DNA of 64,000 nt from Candidatus Thorarchaeota archaeon (GTDB lineage: Archaea > Asgardarchaeota > Thorarchaeia > Thorarchaeales > Thorarchaeaceae). Under the pieces are notes generated by a model that saw only the letters and a program-made list of their open reading frames with translations, ran no database searches and was not told the DNA's origin. Location of the stretch: positions 1-64,000 of the forward strand of contig JAWOEX010000035.1 of the NCBI GenBank assembly GCA_046482545.1. The letters are read 5' to 3'. The position numbers and the translations under genes are program-made. This document shows positions 10,016 through 18,452 of the stretch, piece after piece (position 1 is the stretch's first letter; each line of letters begins with the position of its first letter).

Positions 10016-10519
10016 ATGACTAGCGGAGATGAGAAATTACCCATTGATGAGGAGAGTCTGACCGAAGCTGATCTATTCGAAGCTATCTCCCACGAGACCA
10101 GAATACATGCCTTGTTTGCCTTGGAAGAAGGTCCTGTTGGTTTTGCAGATTTTAAGAGGGAATTAGGCATTTCCAGTAGTGGGAATTTACAACATCACAT
10201 TAGGAAGCTCGGAGAGCTCATTCATACTAATGCGGCAGGTGAGTACAAGCTTACAGAGCAAGGTAAAGAGGCGCTGATTGCAATAAGTATGATTCGAAAC
10301 ATGGAAAGGCACATGAAGTCCACAATTGGTGTGGTTACGATTATCGGGGCTTTTGCATACTATGTTGTACAAATGAATCTGCCATTTATCATGGGAACGG
10401 TCAACCCGATGACGCCAGTATTCGCGCTTTTAAGCACAGGAATCTTTGGAGTTATATTCTATGGGTTGTGGACAATAGTCTCCAAAGTGACATCCAAGAA
10501 GGGATTCGCAAATTCATAG
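10016..10519 (+). CDS. ArsR-type winged-helix regulator with two C-terminal TM helices
   Basis: LFEAISHETRIHAL...ELGISSSGNLQHHIRKL...YKLTEQG followed by two hydrophobic segments. Confidence 0.8.
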   Translation: MTSGDEKLPIDEESLTEADLFEAISHETRIHALFALEEGPVGFADFKRELGISSSGNLQHHIRKLGELIHTNAAGEYKLTEQGKEALIAISMIRNMERHMKSTIGVVTIIGAFAYYVVQMNLPFIMGTVNPMTPVFALLSTGIFGVIFYGLWTIVSKVTSKKGFANS

Positions 10520-10559
10520 TTCAGGCCACTTAATAAAAATAGTAATGGGACAAAATGCA

Positions 10560-10582
10560 GAAAAAAGAAAGTCTATAAGGTT
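10560..10582 (+). promoter_or_regulatory. BRE/TATA promoter of ncRNA copy 2
   Basis: GAAAAAAGAAAGTCTATAAGG, near-identical to the copy 1 promoter. Confidence 0.6.
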
Positions 10583-10600
10583 TCTTAACAATAGTACACT

Positions 10601-10829
10601 TAGTCGCCTGGGTAAGGCGCCACCGACTAACAAGCTAAGTCGATTCATGTTGGGCTTGATGCCAAATCCGATCAAAAAGGGATCAAGCAGAAAGACGGCA
10701 TGGATGGCTGATCGGCACATAGCGTGACCAAGTGATGGTCGTCAAATCGGTAGATGTTCATCACAACGAGGTCATGCCTATAGTGAGATGAACGCCGATA
10801 GTTAGTTGAGGTCTAAACTCAGGCGGCTA
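10601..10829 (+). ncRNA. Unrecognised ~230-nt structured ncRNA, copy 2
   Basis: Diverged direct repeat of 8991-9220; terminal stem TAGTCGCCTGGGT/ACTCAGGCGGCTA; followed by TTTTGTTTT. Confidence 0.75.
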
Positions 10830-10838
10830 TTTTGTTTT
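10830..10838 (+). terminator. Oligo-T terminator of ncRNA copy 2
   Basis: TTTTGTTTT directly after the closing stem. Confidence 0.5.
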
Positions 10839-11004
10839 CACCTCTTTACCAGGTTTCATCACTGCGATGGTAGGAGATTCTATTTTTCGAAACTAATCAT
10901 TATCCAGCCCTTGGAGGGATGTATCAAATTCATCAGGTCCTTATCGCATCATTTAATTGTGTAATTATGATAGTATTACATTGAAGGAGAACTGAATCAA
11001 CATT

Positions 11005-11337
11005 ATGGAGCTAAATCAAGTCGAGCTAGAGATCATCCGTTCTTTTGGGTGGGCCCTAGTTGAACTTGAGTCAACTCTCTATGAGAGGTACTGCGTAAGC
11101 TCTCCAAACCGTTCACTTACAACGCTCCAAGAATTCCAAAATCAATTGAGTAAAATGGAAAGCAAGGGTTATCTATCTTCACTGACCCTTCACGGAAAGC
11201 GGGCCTACAGAAAGCGGTTGATTGAAGGATTCGATAATGCAACTCTGCCCAAGAACCCACTAGATGAGATGCACTTGGTGATTGGCAGCCTGAAGGCGAA
11301 ATTGAAAGAAAAAGAAGCAAACACACACAAATCCTGA
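11005..11337 (+). CDS. Hypothetical protein, possibly winged-helix
   Basis: 110-aa ORF; FQNQLSKMESKGYL resembles a wHTH recognition helix and wing. Confidence 0.6.
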   Translation: MELNQVELEIIRSFGWALVELESTLYERYCVSSPNRSLTTLQEFQNQLSKMESKGYLSSLTLHGKRAYRKRLIEGFDNATLPKNPLDEMHLVIGSLKAKLKEKEANTHKS

Positions 11338-11346
11338 GAATGGATA

Positions 11347-11541
11347 TCAAGCATTTATGCGAACGTCACCGTTGACCGCATTAATACAGAGTTCTATCTT
11401 TTTTCTGCCATCCTTTGTAGTGACATAATATGTGGGCATGTAGAATCCGAACATCTTCTTAAAGTCGAGACTATTTTCGATGGTTCTTTTCGCACCATGT
11501 GGTTTCTTCTTAGCTTCACGAGCTAATCTCTTCACCAACAT
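11347..11541 (-). CDS. Small hypothetical protein or gene fragment
   Basis: 64-aa ORF ending in INAVNG, a PepSY-like motif. Confidence 0.4.
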   Translation of the reverse strand: MLVKRLAREAKKKPHGAKRTIENSLDFKKMFGFYMPTYYVTTKDGRKKIELCINAVNGDVRINA

Positions 11542-11790
11542 CCCAATGCTATTATACTTTCCCGGTGAGACCGTAATCTTTCTCTTCCAGGTGGAAACAA
11601 CTCGATATTTATCGCGGCCGGTTAAGAGTCTCTCAAGAGTGGCGGCTGATGGTGTGGGGGCACAACTAGCAAATACAAAGAGTCATAGAACGTTCATCAG
11701 CCGGTTTTGCACGTAGCGAGGAACTCAGCAACATACCAGAATCAGGAAGGATTTATTACCGAAATATAGATGAAAATCAGAGGGCTGTAT

Positions 11791-12015
11791 ATGACCGAGA
11801 TCCCACTGGTCGAGGATGAAGAAGGCAAGCAGAAGAAATTATACCGCTCAAGAGATGACAAGGTAATCGGCGGCGTCTGTGGAGGGATTGCCGAGTATAC
11901 AGGCATTGATGCGACAATAATCCGAGTGTTGTGGATCCTTCTCACGCTAGGCTATGGTGCAGGCCTGATAATCTATATCATTCTCATGATAGTGATTCCT
12001 ATGGAGCCAGAATAG
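11791..12015 (+). CDS. pspC: PspC-domain membrane protein
   Basis: KKLYRSRDDKVIGGVCGGIAEY...IIRVLW...YIILMIVIP. Confidence 0.9.
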   Translation: MTEIPLVEDEEGKQKKLYRSRDDKVIGGVCGGIAEYTGIDATIIRVLWILLTLGYGAGLIIYIILMIVIPMEPE

Positions 12016-12047
12016 GGCTCAGTTCTGGTTGATTTGATTACAGTCTT

Positions 12048-12404
12048 TCAATTGGTTAGCTCGTGCCAAACCTGGAGAGCTTTTCGGAGATGGGGTATTG
12101 TTATAGATCCTCCAACAACCAGCCCGACATTAAGGGCTTCCACAATTTCCTCGTCAGTAACACCTTCCTCATGACAGCGACCAAGATGATAGCGGATACA
12201 ATCATTGCATTTAAGAACCAGTGAAGAGACCAACCCGAGCAATTCCTTGACTTTGGAAGGTAATGCTCCATCTACATACGCTTTATCATCCAGCGTGTAA
12301 AAGCGTTTAATCTGAAGGTTAGCATATTCTAGGACGATCTTATCTTGCTCAGCACGTCTTTCTTGGAAATACTGTTCAGTTTCAAAATCCATTCTCAAAG
12401 TCAC
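12048..12404 (-). CDS. Carboxymuconolactone decarboxylase/AhpD family protein
   Basis: GALPSKVKELLGL...CNDCIRYH...GVTDEEIVEAL. Confidence 0.85.
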   Translation of the reverse strand: MTLRMDFETEQYFQERRAEQDKIVLEYANLQIKRFYTLDDKAYVDGALPSKVKELLGLVSSLVLKCNDCIRYHLGRCHEEGVTDEEIVEALNVGLVVGGSITIPHLRKALQVWHELTN

Positions 12405-12492
12405 CTTTGTGCCTATTCCTACCTATATGGGCACAACTAAAGAAGACTACGTTCGTTTGAAATTGAGTCTCAGAGTAGCCAATGTTGTTTCT

Positions 12493-13431
12493 CTACGAGC
12501 GCAGAATTAACACACCTAGGTACAGCATACTTAGAAGCACCCCTAGAAGATAAGCTACATTGAAGTAGAAGGAGTAGGTCTCGGGTACAAAGTAGATTAG
12601 TATGACGGTTTCTACGATTACTACTGCCACTGAGACCAATACCAATAATGCTCGCTCTCCAGTCTTCAATGGCTCTTCATCAAGAGTGAATGTTCGGAAC
12701 CACAGCACCACCAGGATGGCCATCAAGAAGGGAAAAGGGAGCAGGACAACTGCCATGGGAAGAAGGAGTATGCCGCTCAATTGACTGCGAGTTTCTGCTA
12801 TCGATTCTTGGTATGATCTGAACTCATCAGCATAGACCTTGCCGTATTCTTTCCAAATGTAAGATTGATAGCCCTTCCAAAGTGAATGTTGGACACCCCC
12901 CACTCGTTCTTTGAATCCGTCAATAAGTCCTTTCTCAAACTCAGGCCGGTAACGTGCCCTAAGTGCAGGAATGATGTAGACAGAAACCATCAATGACCAG
13001 ACGCCAAGTATTGACCCTAAATCCTCGAACAGACCAAAGGCACCACCCAACACGGAGCTGCTGGTCAGTTTGTAAATCGGATAAGCTCCAACTAAGACCA
13101 TTAGAATCCCGATAAATATTCTCATCCCTTTGGCACGGTGCTTACTACCCTTAACAAAAGGTGATGCAAAGGAAAAAAGAAACGAGCAGATGGTTGCAAA
13201 TGTAAGCATGATTCCAACTCCACTCAAGAAGTTCATAACAACTCCGGAAACCAGACTCGGCAATAGCATAATTGGAGCCATTACGAGAGCTGAGAAATTC
13301 CAATTGTTTGACCACAGTATATAGAGAGAGGGAATTAGACCTAGTATCGAAGCTGTAAGATAGATAACTGATGCATGGTGAGAAACACGTTTGCTGGCTT
13401 GGCGGAGTTGTTTGGACATAGTCAGTTCCAT
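12493..13431 (-). CDS. Multi-pass membrane protein of unknown function
   Basis: 312-aa ORF with about 7 hydrophobic segments. Confidence 0.75.
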   Translation of the reverse strand: MELTMSKQLRQASKRVSHHASVIYLTASILGLIPSLYILWSNNWNFSALVMAPIMLLPSLVSGVVMNFLSGVGIMLTFATICSFLFSFASPFVKGSKHRAKGMRIFIGILMVLVGAYPIYKLTSSSVLGGAFGLFEDLGSILGVWSLMVSVYIIPALRARYRPEFEKGLIDGFKERVGGVQHSLWKGYQSYIWKEYGKVYADEFRSYQESIAETRSQLSGILLLPMAVVLLPFPFLMAILVVLWFRTFTLDEEPLKTGERALLVLVSVAVVIVETVILIYFVPETYSFYFNVAYLLGVLLSMLYLGVLILRS

Positions 13432-13496
13432 CCTGTTCCACTATAGGTGATTACATTGAAGGGCAAAAATGCTTGCACACATTGAATTCATTGAGG

Positions 13497-13871
13497 CTAT
13501 ATAAGCTCTTCAGCGTTTGGCGTCCAAGCGGGAGACACGATGCATAGAAACTGCAGTTTCTTGGAGCCAGTGTTTTCAATATACTGAACCCCCTCGGGGG
13601 GAATGTAGATGGCATCACCTTCTTCGACTTCAGCCTGCTCGTCATCAATATGCATCACCCCATTACCCGAAAGAATATAGTAAACCTCGGATGCTTCGAA
13701 GAACTTGTGTGGTTTTGATGCTTTGCCAGACTCCAGAACGGCATGGGCAAGACTATACCCCAACTTCAAGCCGCTATCATCGTGGTGGGGATTCAGTAGC
13801 TCTCGAATGATAGTCCCATCAAGCCCTTCTATCTTCTCACAGTCTCTTAGGCGTTTTATCAGCAATGTCAA
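13497..13871 (-). CDS. Cupin-domain protein
   Basis: PHK...EVYYILSGNG...GDAIYIPP...IENTG. Confidence 0.9.
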   Translation of the reverse strand: MTLLIKRLRDCEKIEGLDGTIIRELLNPHHDDSGLKLGYSLAHAVLESGKASKPHKFFEASEVYYILSGNGVMHIDDEQAEVEEGDAIYIPPEGVQYIENTGSKKLQFLCIVSPAWTPNAEELI

Positions 13872-13964
13872 TCACATCATGCTATTTGTTCTTATACACC
13901 AAGGGTCATAAAGATAGTGCGATTTGTGAAGAGTATTTAGGAAGATAAATATAGTTAAGACTAA

Positions 13965-14780
13965 GTGTGGATGATGGAGATGTTACAAACAGAGATACCA
14001 AGAATTGGATTGGGCACTTGGCAAAACACGAATCAGAAAGAGTGTGTATCGAGTGTTATCAATGCACTCGACATTGGATACAGACACATTGATACTGCGC
14101 AATTCTATGGCAACGAAGACCTTGTAGGCAGAGGGATAGCAAAATCTGAGGTGCCTCGTGAGGAGGTTTTTCTTGGAACGAAAGTGTGGATTAACTCATT
14201 GAGTCCAGCAAAGGTGAAGCAAAGCACTCAGAAAAGCCTAGAAAGGCTACAGGTAGACTATATTGATGTGCTGTACGTACACTGGCCGGCTGGTGACTAC
14301 AACGCAGAAACAACACTGGGAGCATTTCAGGATTTATTGGATGAAGGCCTGATTCGAAACATCGGGGTAAGCAACTTCATCCCTGACTTGTTAGATGAAG
14401 CATTGAAGTATACGGACGAAGAAATCATAGCTAATCAAGTCGAAATGCATCCCTGGCTACAGCAGAATGAGGTGCGAGACTACCTAAAGGAACACAACAT
14501 GGAACTCGTCGCGTATTCTCCCCTCGCACGAGGCAGTGTTATGAAGAGTGGGACTATCCATCAGATTGCTAACAAACATGGTATCAATCCAGCACAAGTT
14601 AGTCTGGCCTGGCTTCTTAGCTATGATATTGTCCACCCGATTCCGAAGGCCAGCAGCGAAGAACACATCAGGGATAACTATGATGCTCTGAAGATTGAGC
14701 TAGATTCGGAAGACATAGACGCAATAGAATCGATACAGAAGGAAAAAAGGTTAATCTCACCATCATTTGCACCTTTTTAG
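13965..14780 (+). CDS. Aldo/keto reductase
   Basis: IGLGTW, GYRHIDTAQFYGNE, YVHWP, IGVSNF, AYSPL, IPKAS. Confidence 0.95.
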   Translation: MWMMEMLQTEIPRIGLGTWQNTNQKECVSSVINALDIGYRHIDTAQFYGNEDLVGRGIAKSEVPREEVFLGTKVWINSLSPAKVKQSTQKSLERLQVDYIDVLYVHWPAGDYNAETTLGAFQDLLDEGLIRNIGVSNFIPDLLDEALKYTDEEIIANQVEMHPWLQQNEVRDYLKEHNMELVAYSPLARGSVMKSGTIHQIANKHGINPAQVSLAWLLSYDIVHPIPKASSEEHIRDNYDALKIELDSEDIDAIESIQKEKRLISPSFAPF

Positions 14781-14824
14781 AGAAGAGGGTGAGAAGCCCG
14801 TCCATTGTTGTGGATGATTCCACT

Positions 14825-16027
14825 CTACTCAAAATCCGGGGCGCCTTTTGTGCCCCATGAAGGGATTTCTTCCATCGCGGGATCATAGCCATCTAGCACA
14901 TGCCTTCCAAGAATCAAACGCTGGATTTCAGAAGTGCCTTCGTAGATTTGGTATAGCTTCGCGTCCCGGAATAGCTTCTCAAGTGGATAGGTGTCTATGT
15001 ATCCGTAGCCTCCATGTATCTGCAAGGCTTCACTGGTAATTTCCATTGCAGCATCGGTAGCATACGCCTTCGCAACACTAGCAGGCACGGTAGAATCACC
15101 AGTGGTATCTGCAGCCCAAGCCGCTTTCAGGTATAGATTTCGTGATGCCTCTATTTTCATGTACATTTCAGCAAGCTTGAACTTGATGGATTGGAATTTT
15201 CTGAGTTTCTTCGTGAACGCCTCTCGTTTGTTAGTATAATCACGAGCATATTCCATGGACGCTCGGGCTAGGCCGGTTGCAAAAGCAGCAATCGCCGGGC
15301 GCGTCTTAGCGAAGGTTTGCATTGCAATCAAAAAGCCCATGCCCTCTTTGCCCAAGAGATTTTCTGCAGGGATTTGTGCGTCTCTAAGTATTACAGATGA
15401 GGTTACCGATGCCCGATGGCCCATTTTCTCAACTGGACGGCCGGTTGACACACCGGGAGTGTCGGCATCAACGATGAATGCGCAGAGCGCCTTGTGGCGT
15501 TTCTCTGGGTCTAAGCTTGCAAACACGGTAAAGTAATCAGCGTGCGGAGCATTTGTAATCCAAAACTTGGAACCATTCAGTACATATGTATCTCCATTCT
15601 TTTCTACCCGCGTCTGAATTCCTGCCACATCACTGCCCATATAGGGTTCACTGCAGGCAAACGAGATGAACTTCAAGTCTTCGGTTAGAGGCCTCAGATA
15701 TTTCTCCTTCTGTTCTTCAGTTCCAGCAACCAGAATTGGCTCTAAACCTAAATTGTTAACATAAATGCTCGTTGTCATGCCCGGACAACCAGCAGCCATC
15801 TCTTCAACGACAATGCACTGATTAACTGCTCCCATCCCAGCCCCGCCATACTCCTTGGGCACGTTTAAGTTCATCAGACCTGCGTCCCAGCATTTTCGAA
15901 TGATGGGCAAGGGAAATTCGCCGGTTTCATCATAATGGTGAGCATATGGTAACATGTAATTCTGTGCAAAATCCCTTGCTTTATCTCGTAATTTTATCTG
16001 GTCTTGTGTGAGGCTAAAATCAATCAA
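14825..16027 (-). CDS. Acyl-CoA dehydrogenase
   Basis: SEPYMGSDV, LNGSKFWITNA, QIHGGYGY, IYEGTSEIQR. Confidence 0.95.
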   Translation of the reverse strand: MIDFSLTQDQIKLRDKARDFAQNYMLPYAHHYDETGEFPLPIIRKCWDAGLMNLNVPKEYGGAGMGAVNQCIVVEEMAAGCPGMTTSIYVNNLGLEPILVAGTEEQKEKYLRPLTEDLKFISFACSEPYMGSDVAGIQTRVEKNGDTYVLNGSKFWITNAPHADYFTVFASLDPEKRHKALCAFIVDADTPGVSTGRPVEKMGHRASVTSSVILRDAQIPAENLLGKEGMGFLIAMQTFAKTRPAIAAFATGLARASMEYARDYTNKREAFTKKLRKFQSIKFKLAEMYMKIEASRNLYLKAAWAADTTGDSTVPASVAKAYATDAAMEITSEALQIHGGYGYIDTYPLEKLFRDAKLYQIYEGTSEIQRLILGRHVLDGYDPAMEEIPSWGTKGAPDFE

Positions 16028-16190
16028 ATCAAAGGCACTCCGGTTTTAGTAAGCACATAAGGAATGTGAGTATAAGTGTATTATTACGTTTATACTGGCA
16101 AGCGCTACTGGCCAAAGGGGATTTTTCTTCCTAGCCTATACATCCAAAGAGTATAATCATACAAGGGATTTCGACCTTGTTCAATTGGTA

Positions 16191-18452
16191 TTAAGCCTTG
16201 GATTTGATTTGCTGTACTACATCAGGAAGATTCCAGCGTAGTTCTAAATCAAGTGCTCCATCTTCCGGCCCTGGACATCGTCGTACACAAGTTCGACATG
16301 CTACGCATAGCCATAAATCAACTTCCACCTTGCCGAAACCAGGTGTTTTTCTCTTCAAATTTATATCTGTAGCTGGTTTCTGCTTCGCAAGATTTCGAAC
16401 CGTTCGATAGAACCGCGCCTTGTTCGAAGGGAGGGTATCCAGTTCCTCATCCGAAAATTCGAATATCTTTGGAGTCTCTATCACAGGAAGTAGCTCAATC
16501 GCGTCTTCAGGACATGAAATCTCGCAGGATCTGCAGCCAACGCATCGCGCCATATTCCAATGGATATTACCGAAACCCAACAAAGGTGCATAACCCATTT
16601 GGTCTCTGTAATCGTCCATGACAGAGGGAACGTCGACATCCATCAGGTCCTCAATCGTTACCTTGGGTCGGGTACTGGGGATTTTGGCTCGTGTACGATA
16701 GGCCAAAGAAACAGCAGACTTAATCTTGTCTTCTACTCCGTCCAACATTTCTTGAGCAACAACTGATCCACCCACTTCGATGGTCGACATTTTGTCGCGG
16801 GCTTTTGAGAAAGCGTCCAAAGAGTTTGTTAGTCGCCCGATATCCCTTGCAGTTAGGTCCTCCATAATCTCCTGAATTTGCTCTCGAGCGGAGGCCAGTT
16901 CGGATGCTAAGATTGTGACAGTGCGCATTGTTGTCTCTGCTTCTGTGGGAGTTCTTGGTACATCGTAGAGTACATAATCATCTCTCTCTCCAGATAATGT
17001 CAGTAGTTCGTCTCTCTTCATGCGCAATAAGTGACTGAATACTCTTTCTTGGGGGATTCCTGTTCTTTCCGCCAATTCCTCGGCGTTCATGGCCCCTAGC
17101 TCGCGAATCAGTATGAGAAGCGTACCTCGTTCTAGTTCATTATCCAGATAATTCGACATCATGCGTTTGTATACTTCTTCATCCAGTTTTTCACCGTATA
17201 CATTCAGTCCAGAAACCAGATTAGGACCTTTCTCCAGTGTAATTTTCAATCTGAACCGAGCAAAGGCTTCAAGTCCGGCAGAAATAAGCAAACGTAAATC
17301 TTCAGATTCATCAGACGAACCAGAAGTTAGTAATGATTCAGTGGTTTCATCGAGCGTTTCTCTCAGTCTATTTGCTGGCCCTGATAGTGTTTCTTCGTCA
17401 TAGTGGCCTAGGACTTGGAGTGTCTCCAAGAGAGATTCTAATTTCTTAACAGCTTCGTTCACCTTCTCTTTGTGGACACCTTCAACAGAACGAGAAAGAG
17501 AACGCAATTGTTGCACAAGCCGTTTCATGACCAGAGTTGTATCTGGTATCTTTTCTAAGACTAGTGAGAAAACAGGTGCATTCTCCTCGAGTCCTACCAT
17601 TTCTGCTTCTCCACGCTGGACTACTGCAACCATTGCTTGTTGAACAATATGCGGTGAGGTTTCAATAGTATCAGACAATTCGAGTACCGTCTTGGAGCCA
17701 GTATTCTTCAGCACGAATACTAGAATACCTCGAATCAGTTCATTGTAGATATTGCTTCTAACCAGTTGTTCCAATCTCGCCTCGTCGATTCTTTCATCGG
17801 TAAAAGCCCGCTTCACCTGAGCAGTTGTTCGCATCAGGGGACTATAGCGGATTTGTCTCGCAATACTCTGGACTCGTTCCAGCGCTTGCTCAGGGTTAGA
17901 ATCCATGTCACTCTGAAGACCATCCATCGATTCAACTATTGCTGCAATATCTTTCTGGGATTCTTCAGCGGCTTTTTCAGATTCTACTACAAGTTGGTCT
18001 ACAATGGGTTCCATTCCTTCGATAATCCTAAAAATCGATTCGAGTCTCGCCTCAATATCGATTTCGACTGATTCGAATGTTTCTTGATTTGAACCTTCTT
18101 CAGGGGCTTTCTTCTCTTCGAGTAATTGGAGTAGTTCACTTAGAGGATTAGACTCGTGGATTTCTAGAGCAGTCTTGACGTCATCGATGGATTCTTCAAG
18201 TATACCCTTGTCTTCTATTTTGTCTACGAGAGCATTCTTCTGAACCCTTTCTAGGAATTTATGATAGTATGTTTCAGGAAAACTCAGTATATCCTCAGTT
18301 AGAGGTTCTATCCTAGATTGGAGTTCCTTAATCTCTTCGTTCACTTTACTTATTGGAATCGCTGATTCTTCTTTGAGTCCTCCGAGGACCATTACCATAT
18401 CCATCATGCGACGGCGCTTGGGCGCCATCTCCTCAAGTTCGACCTTGCTCAT
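16191..18452 (-). CDS. Hdr-operon protein with coiled-coil, two wHTH repeats and a C-terminal 2x[4Fe-4S] ferredoxin
   Basis: CVGCRSCEISCP and CVACRTCVRRCP motifs; internal repeat NELIRG.../NELERG...; 4-bp overlap with the upstream hdrA. Confidence 0.8.
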   Translation of the reverse strand: MSKVELEEMAPKRRRMMDMVMVLGGLKEESAIPISKVNEEIKELQSRIEPLTEDILSFPETYYHKFLERVQKNALVDKIEDKGILEESIDDVKTALEIHESNPLSELLQLLEEKKAPEEGSNQETFESVEIDIEARLESIFRIIEGMEPIVDQLVVESEKAAEESQKDIAAIVESMDGLQSDMDSNPEQALERVQSIARQIRYSPLMRTTAQVKRAFTDERIDEARLEQLVRSNIYNELIRGILVFVLKNTGSKTVLELSDTIETSPHIVQQAMVAVVQRGEAEMVGLEENAPVFSLVLEKIPDTTLVMKRLVQQLRSLSRSVEGVHKEKVNEAVKKLESLLETLQVLGHYDEETLSGPANRLRETLDETTESLLTSGSSDESEDLRLLISAGLEAFARFRLKITLEKGPNLVSGLNVYGEKLDEEVYKRMMSNYLDNELERGTLLILIRELGAMNAEELAERTGIPQERVFSHLLRMKRDELLTLSGERDDYVLYDVPRTPTEAETTMRTVTILASELASAREQIQEIMEDLTARDIGRLTNSLDAFSKARDKMSTIEVGGSVVAQEMLDGVEDKIKSAVSLAYRTRAKIPSTRPKVTIEDLMDVDVPSVMDDYRDQMGYAPLLGFGNIHWNMARCVGCRSCEISCPEDAIELLPVIETPKIFEFSDEELDTLPSNKARFYRTVRNLAKQKPATDINLKRKTPGFGKVEVDLWLCVACRTCVRRCPGPEDGALDLELRWNLPDVVQQIKSKA

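Noticed and set aside
8976-10727. Short ORFs overlapping the repeats (8976-9170, 10514-10720, 10545-10727)
   Set aside because: Frames are not preserved between the two copies; they are shadows of the RNA.
8991-10829. MITE or composite-transposon ends; SRP or RNase P RNA
   Set aside because: Terminal complementarity relies on G-U pairs, similarity extends into a promoter outside the stem, no target-site duplication is visible, and SRP helix-8 and RNase P P4 signatures are absent.
1-11000. CRISPR array for the Cas12f-like protein
   Set aside because: No regularly spaced short direct repeats are visible near the gene or elsewhere in the window.
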